Assembly (NCBI GenBank): GCA_951406725.2
Contig: OX597836.1
Location: 28,706,001 to 28,770,000, forward strand
DNA from: Octopus vulgaris
Lineage: Eukaryota
Length of the DNA stretch: 64,000 bases
Reading direction: 5' to 3'
The notes under the pieces are model-generated. The model did no database searches. It was given only the letters and a program-made list of their open reading frames with translations, and was not told the DNA's origin. Below, in pieces: positions 1-12,765 of the stretch (the first letter of the stretch is position 1; each line of letters begins with the position of its first letter). Both the position numbers and the translations under genes were made by a program.

Positions 1-380
1 ATCAAATCTGACTTTACTTGTGCTTCATAAAACCTGATTTATGATATAAGATGCTTGGGCTGCTAACAAAACTACATAGGTTCCATGGGATTATTGCTCA
101 GACACAGATACATTCTGCACCGACAGCAGATTGTATTCCCAGAATACAGAATGATACCCTTTAGTGAACATATTGAGAAATGCTCAAAGCAACTGCTACC
201 ACATTTTGTAATCTTTCCATTCTATCAATGTGCCATTGGAACACCAAGACAAGTTAGATTAAATAAGGAAACCTACTTCATTGAAAAATATAAGCCAAAA
301 CTTAACCATTTCTAACATTTTTAAATAAGGAAACTCACCTCATTGAAAAAATATAAAGCAAAACCTAACCACTTGTAACA
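1..380 (+). mobile_element. Penelope-like element 3' end (GIY-YIG endonuclease C-terminus), degenerate
   Basis: NLIYDIRCLGC*QNYIG...LRHR...H...ETYFIEKYKPKLN, alignable by eye to the PLE at 62100-62420. The last ~55 bp of the ORF are tandemly duplicated (260-318 / 321-382). Confidence 0.8.
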
Positions 381-714
381 TTCTATTTCTTCTAAACCAA
401 ATCAAGTTAAATTAATAAAACCTAGTCATTCCCAACATTTTTTATTATCTCCCTTATACCGAAAAAATCCTTGATTACCTTCCCCTGTCTGGAACTCCAT
501 ATTTCACAACATAATGAAGACATGACACAATATAGGTAAAGAAATTTGAGAAATATGAAAAGAAAATACGAAACCAGTTATTTCTCCCCAAAAAATTTTA
601 CTATATGCAAAATTTTCTAACATTTTTCTAACATTATGATTTAAATATATTCTTTAACCATGTAACACATGCCTTCTGTAGTTTTTTCACTCTATTTTGT
701 CTTTTATACATCCA

Positions 715-838
715 ACCGCATGTGCAAAATACATATTAAAGTTGGAAATTCTAGCAATATTATTGGCAGAATTATTGTATAACAAAACAAGAAATTGGAA
801 ATGCTTTCCTTTCCTGTTTTGTTTTATGTATATAGTTA

Positions 839-927
<89 letters not shown>

Positions 928-1360
928 GGTGCAAAGAAAAGATGATTGTATATAGTAATAATAAGGAATTAAAGGTACATACCAGTTGTTTCAGGTGGCG
1001 CAGCTAAAATAAAACAAACAAAAAAAAAAACATTAGATATCACCAACTTAACTATCATCATCATCAACATCATCATCATCATTATTAGCATTTTCAATAT
1101 GGTCAGCAGCATCATTAACAAAATTGTTTTCCTTAATCAATTCTGAAATTTGGCCCCTAAAGTGAATATTAACTCTAAATCATCCACATTTCAAAATTGG
1201 CATGTCTCATCAGCCCCACAGTGCATGGTTAAAATTATGAAAGCTGTGCCAGTCTGACTGCTTATTTATCAAATTCATCTGGTGGTATATATCTACCAGA
1301 AAGTCTATAACATCCTCTATGATACTCGAATAGCCAAGTCTATGATGATGATTCATATTC
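715..1360 (-). repeat. Duplicated micro-exon cassette, copy 1 (21-nt family)
   Basis: Colinear with 2155-2720 and about 28955-29410: (GT)n, gaaggtgcaaa..agatgat, the exon, a (CAT)n tract, ttatcaaattcatctggtg. Confidence 0.85.
983..1003 (-). CDS. 21-nt micro-exon (AAPPETT)
   Basis: ttgtttgttttattttag|CTGCGCCACCTGAAACAACTG|gtatgt; phase 1-1. No stop codon is reached, so the gene continues beyond the window start. Confidence 0.82.
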
Positions 1361-1529
1361 TAAGACTGTATGTGTGTGTATGTATGTATGTATGTATGTA
1401 TGTATGTATGTATCTATCTATCTATCTATCTATATATCTATCTATGTATCTATATACACATAGAGAGAGAGAGAGAGAGAGAGAGATAGATAGATATATA
1501 AATAGATACATATATCTCCTGCACTATCT

Positions 1530-2005
1530 CTGACACCTCTGTCTCCTTTCTTGACATTTTGGTCAGCATTCATCACTCCACCCTTACCACCTCCATCCAC
1601 TACAAACACATAGACTCACACTCATACCTCAACTTATCCTCCTTCCACCCTAAACACACCAAGCTTTCCATCCCCTATTCCCAATTCCTCCATCTACGCA
1701 GGCTCTGTAGTGACGACCATGACTTTGAGACTCAGTCACTTCATCCTACGTGAATATCCCCTCACCACTATCCACACCTCCCTGGACTGTGCATCTGCCC
1801 TGGACCATGCATCTGCTCTCTCCCCCTCAACCCACCCTGCAGTCTCCCACCTACCTTGGCAATGACACCCCGGTCTCACGCCATTTCCGCTCTACCGGTC
1901 ACTCTTTGCAACACCTGTCCGTGTTCGGATTGTCCTTGCACAGAGGCCATCTGGACTTCCGTTTGCACCATGAACAGGGAGTAATTTTCTCTCTTCGTGC
2001 CACAT
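1530..2005 (+). mobile_element. Internally deleted Penelope-like element
   Basis: FLDILVSIHHSTLTTSIHYKHIDSHSYLNLSSFHPKHTKLSIPYSQFLHLRRLCSD (PLE RT thumb region), followed by PVSRHFRSTGHSLQHLSVFGL...EQGVIFSL (GIY-YIG C-terminus). Confidence 0.8.
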
Positions 2006-2154
2006 GGGCTCAACTCTCCTCCCCTTGCCTTTACAGAATAAATTATATTATATATGTTGGTAGGATAAAATTCCAGTCATTTCCTCTTGAAGTACATTTG
2101 CTTATTCCATTATTATAATCCAATATGTAGCTTATTTTAGTTTATGTTATTGCT

Positions 2155-2720
2155 GTGTATGTACAAAATGCATATCAAAGTTGGAAATTCTGGCAATATT
2201 ATTTGCTGAATTACTGCATAACAAAACAGGAAATAGAAAATACTCTAATTTCCTGTTTTGTTTGATGCGCACGCGTGTGTGTGCGTGTGTGTAGTTTGCA
2301 TGTGCATGAGTGTGTGTGAAGGTGCAAACAAAAGATGATCCTATACAATAATAGTAATAAAGAATTAAAGGCACATACCAGTTGTTCCAGGTGTTACAAC
2401 TGAAATAAAAGAGAAAAACAAAGATGTTAGACATCACCAACTTCACTATCATCAACATCAAGATCATCATCATTATCAACATCATCATCATCATCATCAA
2501 TATCATTATCTTCCTTATGATCAGCATCATAATCAACTTAATTTTTTACTAAAAGAATTTTAAAGTTGTAACCCCCAAAGAGAATATTAATTCTCACAAA
2601 AATATATTATCAACATTTCAAACTTGTTGTGTCCCATTAACTCCAGTGTGTACTTAAAATTATTCATGTTCTGCCAGTTTAGCTGATTATCAAATTCATC
2701 TGATGGAGTACACCTATGCT
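2155..2720 (-). repeat. Duplicated micro-exon cassette, copy 2 (21-nt family)
   Basis: Direct homology to 715-1290. Confidence 0.85.
2379..2399 (-). CDS. 21-nt micro-exon (FVTPGTT)
   Basis: tttttctcttttatttcag|TTGTAACACCTGGAACAACTG|gtatgt; phase 1-1. Confidence 0.82.
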
Positions 2721-3029
2721 GGACAGTTTGACAGGAGCTGGCAAATCAGAAGACTGCGCCAAGTTCTGCTGTCTGAGTTGGTAAGGTTTCTACAGCTGAA
2801 TCTCCTTCCTAACCACTTTACAGAGTGTAGTGGGTGCTTTTTACATGGCGCCAGCAGCAGTGAGGTCATCAAACAACTAAAAGACAAGATCTCTTGACTG
2901 AGGTTGAGGGTAATATTGAGGTAGGTGGCTTTGTGCCAGGTGATTATTAGATTGCTAAAGAATAAGGATACTGCAAGATGATAGGATAATAGAAGGAGAA
3001 ATGAAAGAGAAAATTCCAAAGAGTACAAA

Positions 3030-3485
3030 ATTCTGTAACACTATCTTTGTCCATTTTCTAAAATGGACAAAGATATTGCTACAGAACTTATGTATGAGAA
3101 TTAAGAAGCTGCTCTCAATACACAATGCACACCAACCTAAAAGTAATATCAACAGGCTCTTCCTACATTAAAAGGAAGGAGGCAGAAGACTGTTAAATGT
3201 AGAAGACACTGTTGGAAATATTATATTCAGTTTGAAAAATTATGTTGTATGTAGTGAAGAAGGAATACTATGTCCGAAAATTTACTAAAACAGTAGGAGG
3301 ATTCAAGAATACAAGGAAAAACAACAGAACAAGGAGCTGGAAAGAAATGGAATTACATGGCCAATTCATGCAACAATGATGGCTGTTGAAAGTAAAGAAC
3401 ACTGGTTGTGATTAATGGATGGGAACCTGAAACAAGGCACTAAATTGCTAGTTATAGCTGTTGAAGAACAAGCCATTAAATAGAA
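3030..3485 (+). mobile_element. Degenerate R4/Dong-like non-LTR retrotransposon fragment
   Basis: Remnant motifs RLFLH*KEGGRRLL, WKEMELHGQF and IAVEEQAIK, with stops and frameshifts. Confidence 0.6.
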
Positions 3486-3620
3486 GGAATCAATATTCAA
3501 TGTTATGTAACGGTATTCAATTATTGAGGTTTAAATTTCAATAGATCATGCAAGTTTGTTTATTTGTTAGGAATAAGAGAAAGCAAACAGACTGATATAA
3601 ATCATGCACAAAGTACTTAC

Positions 3621-3790
3621 AGTCCACTTTCAATATGACTGTGATTGACAAAAGTGTCTTGGATTCTGTTGAATTCATTATTTCAAAGATTATTGATAAA
3701 TCAATTTTTATAATTGGTACGTCAGGTTCCTTAGGATTTGGTTTTACCACATTAAATATAATAAAAAATCTTACAATGAGACTGCCATTT
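3621..3790 (-). CDS. SEA-domain exon 3 (GS-LIV motif)
   Basis: ctgtactatttcag acceptor, T|gtaagt donor; 170 nt, phase 2 to 1. NGSLIVRFFIIFNVVKPNPKEPDVPIIKIDLSIIFEIMNSTESKTLLSITVILKVD; completes GFANGSLIV with the previous exon. Confidence 0.88.
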
Positions 3791-3800
3791 CTGAAATAGT

Positions 3801-3831
<31 letters not shown>

Positions 3832-4039
3832 GACAGTGGTAGATAGTGAGAGGAAAAGAAAGAGAGTGTTAGAACATATGTATGCATGCATGCATGTATG
3901 TATGTATGTATGTATGTATGTATGTATGTATGTATGTATGTATGTATGTATGTATGTATGTATGTATGTATGTATGTATGTATGTATGTATGTATGTATG
4001 TATGTATGTATGTATGTATGTATTTATGTATGTCTGTAT

Positions 4040-4320
4040 GTGGCAACTGGTGGTGGTGTAACACACCATACTGATCATATCTGTCGGGCATGTGGAAGAG
4101 AGTGTAATTCGTCAGGAGGACTTAAACGACATGCAAAGGTACATGAAACCCAGTTACAACTACAGCCGGCTATTACCAGTAAAGGTTTTAGTTGCCAATT
4201 TTGTACAAGACATTGTAGATCTTTAGCTGGGCTAAAAAGTCACATTCGATCACAGCACCAGTAATAGTTAAGCTTCGTGCAATGGCCATACTCGATAACG
4301 AGGGGGCAGCCATAATGTAA
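4040..4320 (+). mobile_element. RTE-clade LINE 3' end with two C2H2 fingers, inside a (TGTA)n tract
   Basis: HICRACGRECNSSGGLKRHAKVH and FSCQFCTRHCRSLAGLKSHIRSQH; close match to the end of the RTE at 17540-17806; (ATGT)n tail. Confidence 0.8.
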
Positions 4321-4664
4321 GTATGTATGTATGTATGTATGTATGTATGTATGTATGTATGTATGTATGTATATACAAGTGTGTATATATAAGTGCATAT
4401 ATATATGTGTGTATGTATGTGTGTGTGTGTGTGTGTGTGTGTTTATATACACATACACATACGCATCTTGAGTAGATAGATAAAGATTAAAGTAAAAATG
4501 AAAAGGCACACTGTTTTGAATCACTTGCAAAGACATTTAATTTAGAGAGAGAAAGTAGACATATAAAGTTTCTTACAACTGTTTCTTGAATAGTGAAACA
4601 TGAGGATCAACATATACATACATACCTATATATGCGTGTATGTATGGGATATATATATATATAC

Positions 4665-4727
<63 letters not shown>

Positions 4728-4735
<8 letters not shown>

Positions 4736-5658
4736 TAGAAAAAAAACACCTTTTATCAATTCAAAATGAATAATTAAATTACACCATCTAGAAAATTACA
4801 TATAATAGAAAAGTTAAAATTAAAATAACAATTAAAAAGTAAAGATTAAGTAAATTACAAGAATAATGTAATGTATAAAATAGGTATAAATATGTATAAA
4901 TTTGTATGAATTGTTTATATATATATTTCTTTATTGCCCACAAGGAGCTAAACACAGAGGGGACAAACAAGGACAGACAAAGGGATTAAGTCGATTACAT
5001 CGACCTCAGTGCATAACTGGTACCTATTTTATACATTACATTATTCTTGTAATTTACTTAATCTTTACTTTTTAATTGTTATTTTAATTTTAACTTTTCT
5101 ATTATATGTAACTAGCAGTATCGCCCGGCGTTGCTCGGGTTTGTAAGGGAAATAACTATGAAGCATTTTTAGAGAGTTATAGCCAAAAAACAGCAAAAAG
5201 TGCATTAAAAATGGAAAAAAAATTATGGTAAATTTTTTTTTAAATCGTTGACTCATTGTAGACATTTTTAGAGAGTTACTTCCCTTATATTAAAAAATAT
5301 GCATTAAAATGGAAAAAAATGATGGTAAATTATTTTTAAAATCATAGACTCATCGTAGACGTGTGCTAATACCCAGAAGGGCTTGATATGAATCACAAGT
5401 ATAAGATACCCGGTTTTGGTTAAACTGCACCGCAAAATGTGGGAGTAGTTAGGAATCTAAATCGGAGTAGACAGACACACAACTTTTCTTTTATATATAA
5501 AGATTTTCTAGATGGTGTAATTTAATTATTCATTTTGAATTGATAAAAGGTGATTTTTTTCTAATATTTTATATATATTATATTGTGTGGAATTTGATTT
5601 AGTATTTATAAATTGAATTATTTTTCCTTGTAAGTTTGGATTTTATTCCCTCAAATAA

Positions 5659-5660
<2 letters not shown>
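4728..5660. mobile_element. Fold-back element between (TA)n tracts, interrupted by a Helitron
   Basis: 4728-4885 is the reverse complement of 5020-5111 plus 5504-5575. The end cttgtaagtttggattttattccct is a near reverse complement of the starts of the 25692 and 48723 elements. Confidence 0.7.
5112..5503 (-). mobile_element. Non-autonomous Helitron
   Basis: On the minus strand: 5'-TC, subterminal hairpin CCCGAGCAACGCCGGG, CTAG-3'; inserted between A and T with no TSD. A close copy lies at 54238-54631. Confidence 0.85.
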
Positions 5661-5713
<53 letters not shown>

Positions 5714-5904
5714 ATATATATCAAAAGAGGAATTTGGGAAAATATTTGGCATTATTTATTCACCATTACACGTTTCATCTTGGTAACAGGAATTACAAAG
5801 TTGCATGTCTTGGATAAACATGTAATAAATTCCCTATTAGAAATTCTTCAAATAGAAAATCAAATAATACATTTACATTTGGATGAACTGTTTATATATA
5901 TATA

Positions 5905-6135
5905 TTTCTTTATTGTCCACAAGGAGCTAAACACAGAGGGGACAAACAAGGACAGACAAAGGGATTAAGTCGATTACATCGACCCCAGTGTGTAACTGGT
6001 ACTTATTTAATCGATCTCAAAAGGATGAAAGGCAAAGTTGACCTCAGCGGAATTTGAACTCTGAACGTAACAGCAGACGAAATACCGCTAAGCATTTCGC
6101 TTGGTGTGCTAACGTTTCTGCCAGCTCGCCGCTTT
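5905..6135 (-). mobile_element. tRNA-derived SINE family C
   Basis: A-box/B-box-like head on minus (ggcgagctggcagaa...gagttcaaattcc). Other copies or fragments at about 4925-5025, 10410-10570, 14245-14440, 35195-35390, 38135-38345 and 56863-57095. Confidence 0.8.
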
Positions 6136-7003
6136 TGAACTGTTTATATATAATTAATCAGGAGTTGTATATATATATATATATACATACATATATATAT
6201 TATATACATATATATATATATATACATACATACATACATACATACATACATACATACATACATACATACATACATACATACACACACACAACATCACATG
6301 CTATGACAAATACAAAATTTTGGATGCAAGTTATTACAATAACACATATCTCTATTAAAATTGACATATATGCATATATAAAGATAAAAAATACATGAGG
6401 GACCATTGTCAAGTTCCAGGCTTTAGAGGTATCACTAAAGGCTTGGTTGGAGGTCCAACTTTCCAAGTTCTTTTACAGGGCTAAGAAAAACTGAAGGGCT
6501 GCTGCAATAAGTGTGTGAATCTGAGAGGGTAATATGCTGAATAAAATCATAATTAACTGATCCTCCAGTATTTTTTTTACCCAAAGCTAGGAACTTTTTA
6601 GCACCCCCTTGTGTGTGTGTGTGTGTATGTACAATTCAATTAGAGGTTATATTAACCTCATTAAGGGATGGTATCATCCAATGAATTACTGGTTTAATGC
6701 CTAATATTTGTTGTGAACAATAATATTCATAAAACAATACGTTTATATATAAATCATGGCTTATAATCATTCAAAAGAAATTAAGAAAATGGAGATATAA
6801 CATTTAATAAAAATTTTCTTATTTTCTTTACATATATATATATATATATATAATATCTTAACATTATATTCCATATACAATGCTTCAAACGAACTATAAA
6901 ATCTTATTGTATATATATATATAAAACATTTTTATTCTGGAAAAATGGATATATACTTTTGATTCAATAAGAGTGGTGTTATAGACATCATATGAACATC
7001 ATG

Positions 7004-7345
7004 TGGAGGTGCTATGGCCTAGTGGTTAGGGCAGTGGACTCATGGTCATAGTATCATGGTTTCAATTCCCAGACCGGGTGTTGTGAATGTTTATTGAGCG
7101 AAAACACCTAAAGCTCCATGAGGGTGGTAGCAAACTCTGCTGTACTCTTTCAGCACAACTTTCTCTCACTGTTGTATCTGTATTTCAAAGGGCTAGCCTT
7201 GTCATACTTTGTGTCATGCTGAATCTCCCAAGAACTATGTTAAGGGTACACATATCTGTGGTGAGCTCAGCCACTTCCACATTAATTTCATGAGCAGGCT
7301 GTTCCATTGGTTGGCTCACTCATTGTCGTAACTGACAGAGTGCCA
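7004..7345 (+). mobile_element. tRNA-derived SINE family B
   Basis: tggcctagtggttagg...ggtttcaattccc boxes; related copies at 33757-34140 (+), 44680-44985 (-) and about 9460-9850. Confidence 0.8.
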
Positions 7346-7459
7346 TAGTAGTAATAAACATCATATAGTTGTCATTATATAAACTTCTTGCACACAATTT
7401 AAACAGAAAGCAAAGACAGCATTTTATATAAATACACACACACATGTACACTTTTTATT

Positions 7460-7685
7460 GTACAAGGAGGTGCTGAACATTTCTAGTTTTGGGTAAAAGA
7501 AAATACAGGAAGATCAGTTAATTATAATTTTATTCAATATATTCCTCTCTGAGGTTTACATACTTATTGCAGTAGTTCTTTAGTTTTTCTAAGCCCTGCA
7601 AAAGAACTCAGAAAATTGAGCCACCAGCCAGGCCCCTCATGACACCCTTAAAGCCAGGAACTTTTCAGCCCCCCCCCCCTCATAT
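7460..7685. mobile_element. Mariner-type MITE
   Basis: Imperfect TIRs (aggaggtgctgaacatttct / aggaacttttcagcccccc); a related end lies at 6400-6610. Confidence 0.55.
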
Positions 7686-8120
7686 ATAAACTACAACACA
7701 AGCAAGTATGTAAAGGCACATGCATAAATGAATACGCACAAAATGAATATTCACGGATTTGATTTAGGTATTTGAATTAGTAACGAATATTGTTTTTTAA
7801 AAAAAGATCAATGTAAATTACATCTGTATTTAATTAATTAAATATGTAATGTATAAATTATGAGAAAATGTGTGTAACGCTTGATGCCAATAAATTATTA
7901 TTGTTTCTTATTGTGCACTGTCCACTTTTAGCTCTATACCTATTACTCACTGCTTGAAGCTTACACTCAGATCTCTGGATTGTATTTTTATATATTGATA
8001 TGTATATATCTATTTATACACACTTATATATAAAGAAAAAGTGCAGAATATTTGTAACTTTGAAGTTTTCTTCATAACAGCTCATTACAATATCAGAAAC
8101 AACTATCTCAGAAATAATAA

Positions 8121-9147
8121 CACTGGTCTGCATTTGGGAATTTTTTAATTTTTATTTTTGTTCATGGATGTGATCTTACATATTCTTGGGTTGCTGATTT
8201 TAAATATAAAAACCATTTTGCTCTATCATGCAAAGATTTTCAGTAAAATGCAAATTAATAATAATAAAAATTGTGAACTTTTAATAAATTGTCACTTTGT
8301 CAAATTGAAGCAAGTAATCATGGAAAAGCATTTTCTGTTAGATTTAAGAACGTATGTATAACAAATCAACATGAAATGAATCATGTTCATCATGAAATGA
8401 ATAATGAAGAATCAACATCAAATCAAATGAATGCGAAAAAGATATGCTCCTAATGGTTAGCCTACATATTGATTCAAATGAAGGATGACTGCTTTGGATT
8501 CTGCTTGTGTTGTGCATCCATACCATCATGTGTTAATGACCAGAAGTAATCTGCCATCATGCTGACATTCAATTTGCCCTAGTATTGAATTTCCATGGTG
8601 CAAATATACTCAGGGAACTGCTCTCCTTGTTTCTCACTTTTTCCCTACAATTCTTGGGAAAATAGTCAAGATGTAAGTGCAAAAGTACATCTTGACACTT
8701 ATTCTAGACCCAAGTTGTTGGAAACAAAATCGGGTCTTGGATTACTTTTTCATATTCTGGGGAGTAGCTGTTTCCCAAAAAGTCTTGGACTTCTGCTTGC
8801 AGGAAAACCAGGCATTCACCTCAACACCTGCTAATGCTTCCTCAAAACGCTTGTCCTTCATCAATTCCCGAATCTGAGAGTCAACAAAGATTCCTGCCTT
8901 TAGCTTGCCTTCACTTATATGAGGAATTTAATGTTATCAACTAATAAGTCAATATAAGGTAATCATTTTCACTGGTAATATACTATATCATTATCTTATG
9001 TTATACAAAAAGTGAAAAGTAACATTCCTGTATAACATGAGAATCTGATGTGATAGAGATGAATAAAAAACACTATGAATCACTATTTTTCATATATATT
9101 TTGAAAAAGATAGCATACAGTTAATAAAAAATCATGCAGACCAGTAT
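8121..9147 (-). mobile_element. Chapaev3-like (CMC superfamily) DNA transposon relic
   Basis: TIRs cactggtctgcat / atgcagaccagt. Minus-strand remnants ISEGKLKAGIFVDSQIRELM, EKQGEQF...MEIQY*G and MMADYFW. Family assignment is from recalled motifs, not a search. Confidence 0.65.
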
Positions 9148-10212
9148 AATTACAGCAGATTCTCATTATATACAATAAAAATCATTAAAATTCTTGAGAT
9201 AACAATGGTGAAGTTGATGGTGGAGGTGGGGTAGAGGAAGTTATGGTGGTAGTGGTGGTGGTGGTGGTGGAGGAGGAGGAGGAGGAGGAGGTGGAGGAAG
9301 TGGTGGTGGTGATTGTTGGCTGGTGGTGGTGATGTGGTATAATGGCATTAGCAATATTGATAGCAGTATTGGTGACATTAGTAGTCTCAAAGATAGATTG
9401 AAATGGTTATGATGCTACTGGTGGCACTTCTTCTTGTCTTCTGGCCATCCAATAATGTGTGAAGGCATGTGGCTTAGTGGTTAAAGTATTGCATTCATGA
9501 TCATGAGATCATGATTTCAAATCCCAGACCAGCTGTGCATTGTGTTCTTGAGTAAAATACTTCATTTCACATTACTCCAGTTCACCCCCACTGCAGTTGG
9601 GTAATCTTGTAATAGATTGACATATCAAGGGTGAAATTGGTACTCAAGAAAATCACCCAAATGGAGGTTTTGTGAACGCTGGACTGTATTCAGCAGTTGA
9701 GAGAATGAATAGTGCAAACTGTTCTGTAACTGTCGACAGTTTGGGATTGCTTGTTCCACCATTTTGAGGGATGAATGAATGAACGAATGTCTTCCAGCTG
9801 TCAAGCAGACCTTTCATAAAAGATGTTCCAGCCAAGGCCTTCCCTTTTTCTTTCTTCTAAGATTCTATGACTGATGAACTTATTCCCTTTTTTAAGTCAG
9901 TAGTATGTGTTACAATTTGATAAATTTGATTGGAACTTCTAGCTAATCAGGATATCTCAAAGTCACAAAAGGACTTCCACATTAGCTTGAGGTACCTGCA
10001 ATGTGTGTGTTTGTGTGTGTTTGTGTGTGTGTTTGTGTGTGTTTGTTTGTGTGTGTGTTTATGTATGAGTCGTGTTTGTGTATGTGTGTGTGCATGCATG
10101 TACATAAACATATGTATATGTGCATATATTTGTGTGTATGTATAGATTTGCATATATATATATGTTGTGTATATGTATCCATGTGTATGTATATCTATCT
10201 GTAATATATATC

Positions 10213-10246
<34 letters not shown>

Positions 10247-10815
10247 CACACACATGCTCACATTATACATATATGTATGTACCCATACATATATGCAGAC
10301 ACATATACACATACATACATACATGATTATATAAGTAGATAGATATGACAAATAAAAAACAGTATTATGATAATAGTCACATATATGATATAAGGTCATG
10401 AATTATGCAGGAAAGGGTTAGTCAATTTCATCAACCCCTGTATTTAGCTGGCTGTTCATTTCATCCCTCCTAAAATGCTTGAAAGTCAACCTCAGTGAGA
10501 TCTGAACTCAAAACATAAAGCAGTCGTAACTAAACACTGCAAAGCATTTGTATTTCAGCCACACCCTAACAGTAGTAGTACTCGCAATCCATTTATAATG
10601 CTGGTGGTTGTGGTGGTAGCAGTAGTTTTGGTGTTGGTGGTGGTGGTGGTGGTGATGGTGGAGGGATGTATAATATTTTTGTATTTTTTCAGTGATTGTG
10701 ATAATGAAACCATGCATAAAAATGAAATCATGCACAGAAAACTAACCTGCCGAATCTGCTGAGAAATTTTTAGAAAACAGAAATAAAACTTTCTTTAAAT
10801 TGAGAAAACAATTTA

Positions 10816-11143
10816 CAGACATACCTCAACTTATGTTGGTGATTGGTTCTCAGACTTGTGACCTTACTTGCAAATCAATGTAATACGGAAAACCTTTTAG
10901 AGAATCTATTAATTTGTAGATGTTTTGATAAATGGTTTGAGCATATTTTTACATGTACTTTATATAATTTATATGATTATATTTTAAATAATTTTTATGC
11001 TTTATCTATGTTCTCTGAGACCAATGTAAAAATCAGATAAATTAATTGAAATTGAAGTTTATTTTTTTCATTAAATTCTTTCAAAAAATGATGTAAAGTC
11101 AAGAAAGATGTAACTCGAAATAACATAAGTTGGGGTATGCCTG
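10816..11143. mobile_element. pogo/Tigger-like MITE
   Basis: TIRs cagacatacctcaacttatgtt / aacataagttggggtatgcctg, with TA on both sides. Confidence 0.75.
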
Positions 11144-11427
11144 TATGCCAAAGAATGAATCGTTTCAATATAGTTTTATTTTATTTGTTCATTTATCCTT
11201 TATCTTTTATCTTTTACTTGTTTCAGTCATTGGACTGTGGCCATGCTGGGGGTACTGGATTAAAGGGCTTTTAGTTGAACAAATCAATCTCAGAATATAT
11301 TTTTAAAGCCTGGTACTTATTCTATCATTCTTTTATGCTGAACTGTAAAGTTATAGGGATATCAACAAACCAACACCAGTTGTCAAGTCATGGTGGGGGA
11401 CTAACAAATGCAAAGACACACATTCAT

Positions 11428-12268
11428 ACAGGTGTAGTCCGATCAATAAGTACCCGGCACGCAGAGTAATGCTGTTTGGCATAGATTGATCTTGACATCT
11501 ACTGTACATATGCACTAAGTTTTAGGGCTATAGCTCACTTCTGCTGTTCACAACAGTGCTTGGAAGGAAGGTGTGTAGCATGTGATTGTCGCATTGACCT
11601 GACAGAAAAAGTTGAGCAGAGAAATCTGCATCAACTTTTGACATAAGCTTGGCAATATCTGCTCAGAGGCCTATGCAAAGCTTTCAAAAACTTTTCATTA
11701 TTTTCGACACAATAAAATAGATCTTGTGCAACTGAAACCTGAGTGTCTTCTTGGTCAGCTGAAAGCAATTTTGGCACAAACTTGGCAGACACGCATCCCA
11801 TATCCAAATCTTCAGTGATAATGAACTGAACTGAACCATAACTAATCTGCACATCCTCTGATAACTCATGGATGGTGTTTTGATGATTTCCCCTCACAGC
11901 TGCATGCACATCTGCAATATTTTTCTCAGTTCTGTTGGATGTGGGTCTCCCAGAATGTTCGTCACTATCGTCATGTTTTCGGCTCAAACACTCTCCATAC
12001 ACTTTCTGCAACTTTGTGTAGGCTTCTGAGTAGGTATCACCAACCGTTTGGCAAAATTTGATGCAGATTCATGGTCAATGTGATGATCACATGCTACACA
12101 CGTTCCTTCTAAGTACTGTTGTAAACAGCAGAAGTGCACTAGAATGTTAAAACTTATTGCACATGCACAGCAGAGTTCAAGATCAATCTGTGCCTAGTGG
12201 CTTTACCCTGCATGCTTTAGCTTTGTTACAATGGCAACAGTCCGGTTACTTATTGATCAGGTCACGCA
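11428..12268 (-). mobile_element. Mariner-derived element with N-terminal transposase remnant and long inverted ends
   Basis: ORF 11631-12011: DDSDEHSGRP...TIHELSEDVQISYGSVQFIITEDL...SAKFVPKLL (WVPK-like). TIR core gatcaataagta at both ends; about 11430-11670 is an inverted copy of 12040-12265. Confidence 0.85.
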
Positions 12269-12400
12269 TATGCTGCTGTTGTTTCAATGATTTCATTTGT
12301 AGAAGAGCTCAAAGTTGGAGAGAGATAGATGAAGAGAGAGAGAGAGAGAGAGAGAGAGAAGTAGAAAGAGAAAGTGAAAGAGTCAAACAGACAAACTTAC

Positions 12401-12468
12401 GCAAATCCAGTTACTTTGGTTCTATTGTAGACACCAGCCAGTGAGGAGTTTTGATAGATCTTGTCCAT
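12401..12468 (-). CDS. SEA-domain exon 2
   Basis: tttcactttcag acceptor, GC|gtaagt donor; 68 nt, phase 0 to 2; MDKIYQNSSLAGVYNRTKVTGF(A). Confidence 0.88.
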
Positions 12469-12549
12469 CTGAAAGTGAAAATATCTACAAGTCAGTTTAG
12501 AATTCTTACCTCTATTGACATACAGTTTGTGAAATGTCAAATAAGTTTC

Positions 12550-12765
12550 ACCCTTAAGCATTTAAACCAACCATATTTGGTCCAAATATTCAACCAGTTT
12601 TATGTTTAAACAAGCCAGATGTAACCTCTTGCACTTAAACTACAATGTCATTCTAAAAAATATATTATCATATCAGTGAAATCTCAAAGCTACATAATTA
12701 ATTCAAAACAATGTGAATAAAATAAGTATTACATTTAATAGAGTAATCTGAATGATAAAATTAGG
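12550..12765. mobile_element. Degenerate piggyBac-type MITE
   Basis: Begins acccttaagcattta and ends ctgaatgataaa, resembling eroded CCCTTTAGCATT termini. Confidence 0.4.

Noticed and set aside
3830-4264. C2H2 zinc-finger ORF as a host zinc-finger gene
   Set aside because: It matches the C-terminus of the RTE element at 17540-17750 and ends in the LINE tail.
10747-10758. Possible 12-nt micro-exon (ctcag|CAGATTCGGCAG|gttagt, minus strand)
   Set aside because: It lies between SEA exons 2 and 3 and would insert four residues into the GFANGS motif. The polypyrimidine tract is weak and there is no paralog.
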